From positions 32,001-96,000 of IMG/VR virus record IMGVR_UViG_3300034375_013346: a stretch of 64,000 bases of DNA. One strand, written 5' to 3'. Shown one piece after another: positions 29,274 through 36,300 of this stretch (the first letter of the stretch is position 1; every line of letters starts with the position of its first letter). The position numbers and the translations under genes were made by a program. The notes beneath the pieces are model-generated. The model ran no database searches. It was not told the DNA's origin and worked only from the letters and a program-made list of their open reading frames with translations. The DNA comes from a virus.

Positions 29274-30686
29274 CTACCCCATTTTTTTTAATTGTTTCTC
29301 CATCTGATCAATTTCAATCTGGAGTTTTAACATTCGATCTTTAGTTGCTTTACGCTTGGCATAAAGATCTTTAATTATTGTCTTAAGTATTGGATTTTCC
29401 GAGTCACCTCCAAAAACGGCCTTAGATGAAGTTCTCACCCATCCTTCCTTAACTTCGGATAAGTTTATTCCCTCCTTTCCTTTATAAACCTCAGGGGATA
29501 TTCCCCATTGAACAATCGTATTAGGATACAGAGAGGCAAAGTCGTAACAAGCCACCCATTCATGTAGACCTTTGATGGGCTCTTTCACATATCCACCTAT
29601 AAATTTAACGTGGCTTTCCTCTTTCCTCTCGTTAACAAAAACCTGTCCCCTCTCTAAGAATTTGCGGAGCATCAGCACTTCCGTTGACCAAACAGGAGAA
29701 AGAGCCCTACTTATCTCAACGCCATTTAAATTGGCAATTTTGAGATAAGTAAGCATTGTTTGAAGCTTTACGTCTATATAGTGAACAAGAGCGCAGTCAA
29801 TAACATTATACAGTATAAATTTTGGAAAATCGGACTGATACAGGTCCCTTAGGGATCCATTATAGACTATCTTTTTAAGTCCCGTGGCCTTTTCCGCTAC
29901 GTAATCAAGTCTATTACTTTCTTTAATTTTTATTACTCGGTCCCACTTCCGGTATATCTCCAGATAATCGACCATGAGCAAGTGCATGGGGAGGTTGTTC
30001 TTTCCAATGAGCCAATTGGAAGGAGATATTATCTTAGGATCTATGCCCAACCTCTTAGCTCTGTTAACCAAATACGGCCAGTCATATCCAAACCAGTTCC
30101 ATCCAGTAATCAGGGACATTTTGGGTGCTAGGTTCTTGAAGAAAGTATAAAGCATATCATATTCACTCTCGAATTTATGATACTTAAAACTCCACTCATC
30201 GCCCATTGGAGACAGATACTCGTTAGTCCTTCTATGGATATCGGCTTGCTCTTCAGGGGTAAGTGGGTCTAGACCAAGCATAATCGCCTTACATCGGTCA
30301 GTGGCTATACCTATTGAAAGAACCTTATTCTTTGCCGATGCTGTATCGAGTGAATCCCTCATCTCGTCGGTCATCTCTACCTCTATATCGACAAAATATT
30401 TTTTGGGAGTCTGGAATTCAAAAAGGGGCTTAGTTAACTCCGGATCAGCCTCTTCCAAGATCTGTATCATCCGATACTTGTCATATTTCTGGGTTTTTGC
30501 TTTTCTAACTGGGAACCCGTCCCAGCTCTCCCATTCCTTCTCCCTTCTACTATCTGATGGTGAGCATTTTTCCCATATGAATCTCTCCTTATCAGGGACC
30601 GGAACATTAATAAATATTAAATCACCGTCCTCAGAAAAACTTGATACCTTCAAGTAGGTTCCTTTATTCTCAATATCAACTATCAT
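29274..30686 (-). CDS. Family B DNA polymerase, N-terminal subunit (3'-5' exonuclease and motif A)
   Basis: Exo I VDIEVE, Exo II GWNWFGYD, Exo III YNVID, GGYV, DFASLYP; ends in fingers helix LYAKRKATK; ATG at 30686 preferred. Confidence 0.92.
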   Translation of the reverse strand: MIVDIENKGTYLKVSSFSEDGDLIFINVPVPDKERFIWEKCSPSDSRREKEWESWDGFPVRKAKTQKYDKYRMIQILEEADPELTKPLFEFQTPKKYFVDIEVEMTDEMRDSLDTASAKNKVLSIGIATDRCKAIMLGLDPLTPEEQADIHRRTNEYLSPMGDEWSFKYHKFESEYDMLYTFFKNLAPKMSLITGWNWFGYDWPYLVNRAKRLGIDPKIISPSNWLIGKNNLPMHLLMVDYLEIYRKWDRVIKIKESNRLDYVAEKATGLKKIVYNGSLRDLYQSDFPKFILYNVIDCALVHYIDVKLQTMLTYLKIANLNGVEISRALSPVWSTEVLMLRKFLERGQVFVNERKEESHVKFIGGYVKEPIKGLHEWVACYDFASLYPNTIVQWGISPEVYKGKEGINLSEVKEGWVRTSSKAVFGGDSENPILKTIIKDLYAKRKATKDRMLKLQIEIDQMEKQLKKMG

Positions 30687-30744
30687 CAAATATTTAGATT
30701 TATTATATCCTAACCAGATCAGGTTGGAGGATATATAGAAGTAT

Positions 30745-31068
30745 ATGAAAGCTAACATCAAAAGTTTCGAAGATTTCTTATTAGAATATTACGTTTCGGA
30801 AGCTCCAGGTAGCGTTGTAGTACCGGGTGAATGGTACAAGGACAGCGTTAATTCCAGGAACTACCGCCCAGCATATACTCAAATGCCCCAAGTAGTGGAC
30901 TCAATGTTCCAAACAACCGACCTATACAACTATCTGGATACCCTTTCCGAGGAGGAAGAGTTTAATAGGATAGTCAAAGAGAATAACGGAGAACCGAAGA
31001 AAATAATTAAATATCTTAAGAGACGAATAAACGAGGAGCTTCTACCTCAGCAGAAGGGGGAAAAATAA
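30745..31068 (+). CDS. Hypothetical protein with CTS-like N-terminus
   Basis: MKANIKSFEDFLLE; GATATATA at 30730-30737. Confidence 0.75.
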   Translation: MKANIKSFEDFLLEYYVSEAPGSVVVPGEWYKDSVNSRNYRPAYTQMPQVVDSMFQTTDLYNYLDTLSEEEEFNRIVKENNGEPKKIIKYLKRRINEELLPQQKGEK

Positions 31069-31080
31069 GGAGCTGGTAAA

Positions 31081-31914
31081 GTGGAAATAATCAAACATCC
31101 CATCAATGAGGGATCTTATTATTCGGATCCCAACTTTAAAGATTCGATATTCATACATCACACAGGAGGACACCATAGACCAGACTGGACAATAGATAGC
31201 TGGGGCAGAGACCGAAAGGAATCAACAAATAAAATAAGATCCGGAGCTTCTTACGTAATAGGTGGTCCCGATCCAATTAACGCAAAGAATAAAAAACACG
31301 ACGGTAAGATACTAGAGGCATTCAACTCAGAACATTGGTCACATCACCTCTTCATAAAAAACAAAAGCAATACCTTTCTCAACCAAAAAAGTATAGCTAT
31401 CGAGATCTGTAATTACGGGGAGCTTACTAAGAGCACGGATGGAGAATTCTTTACCAAGGGCAATATAAAGATACCCAAAGGACAGGTGGAAATATTAAAG
31501 GATCCATTCAAAGGGGAAAGGTATTTCCATTCATATTCGGATCATCAAATAGAGTCACTCCGGTACCTAATATTGCTACTAGCGAAAAAACATGATATAG
31601 ATCTAAAGAGGGGATTATTAAAGGAGATCGGGAGGAGCGAAATCCAAATGCCCGAGGGTTTATCAGTAAGGGATCAGAAGAAATGGATGAACAAGAACGG
31701 AATAACCGATAGCAAAGGGAAAAAGCTAATCGAAAATAGCGAAGAGGATACCAGATATTTGCAAGCAATCGATTATCTCAATAGTAATCCATTTGATCTC
31801 TCACCACAAGCTTTACAGGGATTTCAGGGACTGTGGTCACATTCCAACGTAAGGGCAGATATCAGAGACTGCTACCCTTCACAACAAATGATACAGATGT
31901 TAAGATCTCTCTAG
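31081..31914 (+). CDS. N-acetylmuramoyl-L-alanine amidase (endolysin candidate)
   Basis: IHHTGG, SIAIEICN, SHSNVR..RDCYP zinc/catalytic motifs. Confidence 0.8.
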   Translation: MEIIKHPINEGSYYSDPNFKDSIFIHHTGGHHRPDWTIDSWGRDRKESTNKIRSGASYVIGGPDPINAKNKKHDGKILEAFNSEHWSHHLFIKNKSNTFLNQKSIAIEICNYGELTKSTDGEFFTKGNIKIPKGQVEILKDPFKGERYFHSYSDHQIESLRYLILLLAKKHDIDLKRGLLKEIGRSEIQMPEGLSVRDQKKWMNKNGITDSKGKKLIENSEEDTRYLQAIDYLNSNPFDLSPQALQGFQGLWSHSNVRADIRDCYPSQQMIQMLRSL

Positions 31915-32294
31915 TGGTTCATACTCTCCAGATATCCCCTTAGCTTCTTATCACTGGGTGATATTGAAAAATTTCCATTGACAAAGATCTCCCAGGATTC
32001 AATAGCATATTTACCAACGCCAGGCAAGTCTGAGGGGTCTTTAAAACCGGAAATCCACACACCTGACATATCAACTATCCTCCTTGCCTTAATGTTATAA
32101 AATCCGGTGGGCCTTATCACCTTTGCGATCAAGTCAGGATCCATCTTGGAACAGGTAACAGGATCCTTAATCAGATTAAATAACTCCGGCAGTATTCTCC
32201 GGACCTGCAAATTGGTCGTTTGATTAAGGAGTATGCAGATTACGACCATTTCCCATGGCTTATCTACATAATCCTCTTGAATTAACCTCTCCAA
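31911..32294 (-). CDS. HhH-GPD DNA glycosylase (MBD4/endonuclease III-like, minimal)
   Basis: PWEMVVICILLNQT, GFYNIKA, LPGVGKYA, PSDKKL. Confidence 0.82.
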   Translation of the reverse strand: MERLIQEDYVDKPWEMVVICILLNQTTNLQVRRILPELFNLIKDPVTCSKMDPDLIAKVIRPTGFYNIKARRIVDMSGVWISGFKDPSDLPGVGKYAIESWEIFVNGNFSISPSDKKLRGYLESMNH

Positions 32295-32295
32295 C

Positions 32296-32514
32296 CTAGA
32301 AATTATTTCTCCTAAGAATATCCTGATATTTCTTTACCTCCTTATCAAAGAGTGCAGTGGTCTTCAGATAGTTGGTGCCCAGTATTATCGAAAGCTTCCT
32401 TATACAGGAATCCCGATCTATCATCATTTTATACTGAGGGTTCTTCATTTTTTCTTCTAGCTCCGAGGCATGTTCCTTGGCTATCCTTTGTAACATTTCA
32501 ATTTCTCTTGACAT
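32296..32514 (-). CDS. Hypothetical protein
   Basis: 72 aa ORF. Confidence 0.6.
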   Translation of the reverse strand: MSREIEMLQRIAKEHASELEEKMKNPQYKMMIDRDSCIRKLSIILGTNYLKTTALFDKEVKKYQDILRRNNF

Positions 32515-32536
32515 CTAAAAATAATTCACATTTAAC

Positions 32537-32565
32537 AAAAAAGCCCGCCTTCGGGCGAGCTTTTT
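32537..32565 (-). terminator. Rho-independent terminator
   Basis: GCTCGCC-CGAA-GGCGGGC then T6 after hsp20. Confidence 0.85.
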
Positions 32566-32593
32566 ATTAGTAGGTGGTTGAAAAATTTCGTCT

Positions 32594-32950
32594 TTATGAG
32601 ATCTTAATTCTCCTAGGTAGCGATTCTTTTTTCTTATCCAAAGAAATCGTTAGTACTCCCTCCGTGATAACAGCCTTAATTTTATCAGAATTCACCTCAT
32701 TGGGTATTCTAAACCTCTTGGTGAAATCTCCGGTCCAGTGGGAATCATTGCCTCTTCCCTCTATAACCAATGTGCTACCATCAAGCTCCACATCGATGTC
32801 ATCGTTCTTGTATCCAGGAACTGGAATTTCTATAAGATATGATTTATCTTCCTCCCGAATGAAATATTCCTTGCTATTAACAAGTCCGTTTCGATTTTCT
32901 AGGATTCTCTCCATCATCTCTAAAGGTGAATAAATAGTTGTACTTATCAT
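32594..32950 (-). CDS. Small heat shock protein (Hsp20)
   Basis: VPGYKNDDIDV, LVIEG, FTKRFRIP, GVLTISL. Confidence 0.92.
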   Translation of the reverse strand: MISTTIYSPLEMMERILENRNGLVNSKEYFIREEDKSYLIEIPVPGYKNDDIDVELDGSTLVIEGRGNDSHWTGDFTKRFRIPNEVNSDKIKAVITEGVLTISLDKKKESLPRRIKIS

Positions 32951-33003
32951 TTTTGTTTTTTATTCACTACTATTTCGAAAAATGTTCCAATGAATAAGAA
33001 CAC

Positions 33004-33031
33004 AAAAAAAGGTGACTTTGTGTCACCTTTT
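33004..33031 (-). terminator. Rho-independent terminator
   Basis: GGTGAC/GTCACC stem with T7 on the minus strand. Confidence 0.8.
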
Positions 33032-33056
33032 CTAATGTGAGTATGAAATTTTGTCT

Positions 33057-33554
33057 TTATTTCTTGAGCTGTAGCTTCTTCATGGCTTCCACAAAGGTTC
33101 CAAAGTCCTTCACTACACGATCTCTCTTCTTTTTCTTTAATCCCTTCCTTGCCGCAGGGGTGCCAACGGTTAAGGTATCGAATTTATCCCCCGATCCAAC
33201 TGGTCCGTTGTAGAAATCAGCGTTAGTCCCTCCAGCTCCTGGTGCTTCCACCGGGCCCATACCGGAGACAGTATTAAGCGTAGCAAAGGATCCGCCACCC
33301 ATATCTCCCGCAGGAGCTCCACCGTCCATTTCCTTGAGAGAATAGGAATCGCAGTCACATTTTTCCAGAATCTCTTCCTCAATCTGCCATTTTTCTACAC
33401 AATAGTCATTTTCATCTAGCCATGATTTATATGCGGATTCTACCATCTCGGGTGAACATCCAGACTCCATAACAGGGGTATCATCTTCACAACAGAGACA
33501 AACTAATGTTCTACCTGCTGGGGATTGTCCTGTGGGATAATATAGATTTTCCAT
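33057..33554 (-). CDS. Hypothetical late protein
   Basis: FATLNTVSGMG, GSGD; C-terminal VKDFGTF motif. Confidence 0.7.
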   Translation of the reverse strand: MENLYYPTGQSPAGRTLVCLCCEDDTPVMESGCSPEMVESAYKSWLDENDYCVEKWQIEEEILEKCDCDSYSLKEMDGGAPAGDMGGGSFATLNTVSGMGPVEAPGAGGTNADFYNGPVGSGDKFDTLTVGTPAARKGLKKKKRDRVVKDFGTFVEAMKKLQLKK

Positions 33555-33559
33555 ATCGA

Positions 33560-33793
33560 TTATAATGTTGTTTTTATGTTTTTAGAAAATATTCTAACAG
33601 TGTTCTGGGATTCGTCTTTGGTGATATACCCTATTATATCATTATAAGAGTCGTATATCGGAGAGATCACCAAAAGCTTCCTATCCTTATTATCAATCAC
33701 CCAGCTCCCGGTTAGATCGCTACCGCTTTTTTCCGCAGACAAGCTAGGTTTAGCAGAAGATAGATTTCTTTTTTTATTACAACCACATCCCAT
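33560..33793 (-). CDS. Small protein with MGCGC N-terminus
   Basis: MGCGCNKK; GATAAATA at 33819-33826. Confidence 0.65.
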   Translation of the reverse strand: MGCGCNKKRNLSSAKPSLSAEKSGSDLTGSWVIDNKDRKLLVISPIYDSYNDIIGYITKDESQNTVRIFSKNIKTTL

Positions 33794-33821
33794 GTTTTAA
33801 ATATTTCTAGTTACTTTCTAT

Positions 33822-34241
33822 TTATCTGTAATTTCCCCTTAATTCTTTCCTTCTTAAATAATTGAAGAGATATCTAAGTCCCTTCTTATATTCGGTTGAA
33901 TTCCTAAATGGACCGGGATATGTACGGATAGGATTACCTTGACCCTCGGGGGTTTCTTCGTTACCTCTAACTTCAACCGGGTTATACCTTCTAACCACAC
34001 CAGTAGGGTGTATTGTATAAAAGACGTCCCCGTATCCATCTACGTCAGGTTGTGATTTTCTCTGAAATTTCAAGGTATTATTAAGCTCCTGCTGATGAGA
34101 GGTTATATCATCAAACCCGAGGTCTAGTATATCAAGGTACTCAATTCCCTTCCTAATTTTATCCAGATCTATATCTCTCCTATTATCCTCCAGGTATTCC
34201 TCCCTAGGTTCGTAATCTTTATATGATTTTATCTGAGACAT
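33822..34241 (-). CDS. Hypothetical protein with CTS-like N-terminus
   Basis: MSQIKSYKDY. Confidence 0.7.
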   Translation of the reverse strand: MSQIKSYKDYEPREEYLEDNRRDIDLDKIRKGIEYLDILDLGFDDITSHQQELNNTLKFQRKSQPDVDGYGDVFYTIHPTGVVRRYNPVEVRGNEETPEGQGNPIRTYPGPFRNSTEYKKGLRYLFNYLRRKELRGNYR

Positions 34242-34675
34242 TACCCCTTACTAGATTTTATCCAATCCCGATAATCTTTCAAGTTAGCAAGATTCTTTCC
34301 ACCAGGCTTTTTCTTTTTAGCATCTGGCCTTAAATAAGGGATAATCGGGTTTATACCATCACCAAAATTCATCTTAGGTGTAAAGGAAGGAATATCCTTA
34401 GAATCAATAACACCGAGAGAATTACCCTCCTCATTTAGTGGTTTACCGTCCTTTACATTCTCAGGTAGATCCTTAGATTTTGTTTTTGCAAACTTTTTAA
34501 GTTCCTTGTCAGTCATAGGGGCAATAAACTTACCGTCCTTATCTTTGTATCCAAAAGCAATCTTTTCAATTTCCTCTCGGTATCTAGGATCGATTTCCTT
34601 TAGCTTTAACTCGTTTTGTCTTAGAGCCCAAGCTTGACCCATAATTGCTTGTTGTGCTTTACTTACTGATGGCAT
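34241..34675 (-). CDS. Hypothetical protein (DUF3008-like MPxxSKAQQ N-terminus)
   Basis: MPSVSKAQQAIMG, MTDKELKKFAKTKSKDLPE; C-terminal LKDYRDW. Confidence 0.7.
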   Translation of the reverse strand: MPSVSKAQQAIMGQAWALRQNELKLKEIDPRYREEIEKIAFGYKDKDGKFIAPMTDKELKKFAKTKSKDLPENVKDGKPLNEEGNSLGVIDSKDIPSFTPKMNFGDGINPIIPYLRPDAKKKKPGGKNLANLKDYRDWIKSSKG

Positions 34676-34676
34676 C

Positions 34677-35213
34677 TCAAATTCTATATTTTTCGAATGG
34701 GATAATAATTTTCATACCCTCTTCGACTTTTTTAAGTTTAGTGTAATAGTTGGGATCTTCTGCCAGATGGTCCCTAGCTATCTCAGAAGCTATCTCCTCG
34801 TCCTCGGTATGTTCCATTTCTACCTCAATGCCAATCTGAAGCTGTCTCTCTAAGTGTAAAAGCATCTTTTCTATGGCATCCCTATCAACATGGTCCATCG
34901 AATCATCGTATGTGTGCAAGATAGCGATATCCCTCAAGTTCTTACCCGATGAGATCCCACCTTCAATCTTCTCGTCAGAATCTTCCTGTAGATAAAGGCC
35001 CTTCATCTTTTTTTTAATTTCTGCAGGACTCATCGGCTTAGCATTCAGGCCCCAGTTAGCATTGGGATCGATGATCTTCTTCTTGCTTTTCTTCCATTCC
35101 GGATACATCCAGAGCCATCTATTGTATCCCTTACCAACTATTTCAAAGCCCTTGTCACCTGGTTGTATGGCGATGGGGGATTGGGGTGGTATATAGCTTC
35201 CTGTTTCTGCCAT
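34677..35213 (-). CDS. DUF5661-like protein
   Basis: GIEVEMEHT..IARDHLAEDPNYYTKL. Confidence 0.75.
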   Translation of the reverse strand: MAETGSYIPPQSPIAIQPGDKGFEIVGKGYNRWLWMYPEWKKSKKKIIDPNANWGLNAKPMSPAEIKKKMKGLYLQEDSDEKIEGGISSGKNLRDIAILHTYDDSMDHVDRDAIEKMLLHLERQLQIGIEVEMEHTEDEEIASEIARDHLAEDPNYYTKLKKVEEGMKIIIPFEKYRI

Positions 35214-35419
35214 TATTCTATTACAGCTTCTATTTTGGATTTTGAGATTTGTGTGGTCTCAAAAAATCCAGTAGTTCCCTCTAGGAACCCAGCTACTTTT
35301 GTCTCTACCTCAAGCACAGACTCTGCAGCAACTAAAAATTCAGATTTGTGAATTACCGGATCACCATTTCTTTTGGTCTCGGTTGACTCAAAACTTACTT
35401 TTGCAACGTAATATCCCAT
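35213..35419 (-). CDS. DUF4494-like small protein
   Basis: YYVAKV..EFLVAAESVLEVETKV; GATATATA at 35439-35446. Confidence 0.65.
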   Translation of the reverse strand: MGYYVAKVSFESTETKRNGDPVIHKSEFLVAAESVLEVETKVAGFLEGTTGFFETTQISKSKIEAVIE

Positions 35420-35456
35420 TTTCTAATATTTTACAGTTTATATATCCTTCTAATAC

Positions 35457-35483
35457 AAGAAAGGCAACCACTTGGGTTGCCTC
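35457..35483 (-). terminator. Probable terminator
   Basis: AGGCAACC/GGTTGCCT stem after the Hc1-like gene. Confidence 0.65.
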
Positions 35484-35504
35484 TCCTTCTTTTCCTCAAG
35501 GGGA

Positions 35505-35681
35505 TCAAGAATTATTCTTCATCTCCTGTACATCGAGTCTAACCTGCTGCGCAAGTTTTTTAACTTCCTGCATTGCTTGTCTAATTCTCGTTCCTGCTGC
35601 CTTGTTTCCTTTTTCAGTAAACTTAGCAACGTCAGCTTCAGCAGATTCTAGAACTGCTTTAATTTGATCAAATGTTTCCAT
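35505..35681 (-). CDS. Histone H1-like (Hc1 family) nucleoid protein (absent from ORF track)
   Basis: METFDQIKAVLESAEADVAKFTEKGNKAAGTRIRQAMQEVKKLAQQVRLDVQEMKNNS; KGNKAAGTR.R signature; own promoter and terminator. Confidence 0.85.
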   Translation of the reverse strand: METFDQIKAVLESAEADVAKFTEKGNKAAGTRIRQAMQEVKKLAQQVRLDVQEMKNNS

Positions 35682-35706
35682 CTTCCTTTTTATTAAGATT
35701 TAAAAT

Positions 35707-35733
35707 TTATATCGATGTCGTTATTTTTGTTTC
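35707..35733 (-). promoter_or_regulatory. Putative GAAAC-N17-TATAA promoter (class B)
   Basis: Exact GAAAC-17 nt-TATAA upstream of the Hc1-like gene. Confidence 0.45.
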
Positions 35734-35737
35734 GACC

Positions 35738-36274
35738 TTATCTGCTAATTATGAAAGTTCCTTCGTGAGATCCTTCTTGTATTGACCACTCCGGACCAAT
35801 AAAGGATAACAATATGGACTTCATATTCTCCCCGTAATTTTCCACTTCCAGATGATCCTGCATTTCATCAAATATTCTTATGACCTTAGGATTCTTCTCA
35901 AGGTAACTCAGGATAGCTTTAGAAATTTGTTCGAAGTATCTGGACATATCGTTATCTCTCAATCTGAATTTACCGTCACTCATCTCAGGGATTTCCGCTT
36001 TACCCATCGCAATATCCTCTATTATTTCAGGAGCAATCTCATTTACGTTTAAAACAGCATATGAGTTTTTAGGACCCTCCATGGTTTCATATTGGGAGTA
36101 TTTGCCTATCATGAACATAATTCCCTTCTGACCACCATTCTCTAGCTCCAGCTGGAAGAAATAATAAAATAGATCACCATCTCTCTTTTGCAGGAATGGC
36201 AATGTTCCAAAACCATCTCCCTCGTCTATTCTGCTTCCTACGAAATCCGCGAAGTTTCTAATTCTTTTTTCCAC
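35738..36274 (-). CDS. Hypothetical protein with CTS-like N-terminus
   Basis: MEKRIRNFADF..IDEG; GATATATA at 36293-36300. Confidence 0.75.
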   Translation of the reverse strand: MEKRIRNFADFVGSRIDEGDGFGTLPFLQKRDGDLFYYFFQLELENGGQKGIMFMIGKYSQYETMEGPKNSYAVLNVNEIAPEIIEDIAMGKAEIPEMSDGKFRLRDNDMSRYFEQISKAILSYLEKNPKVIRIFDEMQDHLEVENYGENMKSILLSFIGPEWSIQEGSHEGTFIISR

Positions 36275-36300
36275 TTTGAATAGTTATTTTTTTATATATC

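Noticed and set aside
9195-30686. Split intein or intron joining the polymerase halves
   Set aside because: No Cys/Ser-start or His-Asn-end intein motifs, and no non-coding space for intron structure at either end
30687-30761. Hydrophobic N-terminal extension of the polymerase in the ORF track
   Set aside because: It overlaps the divergent gene and its promoter; ATG at 30686 is the more plausible start
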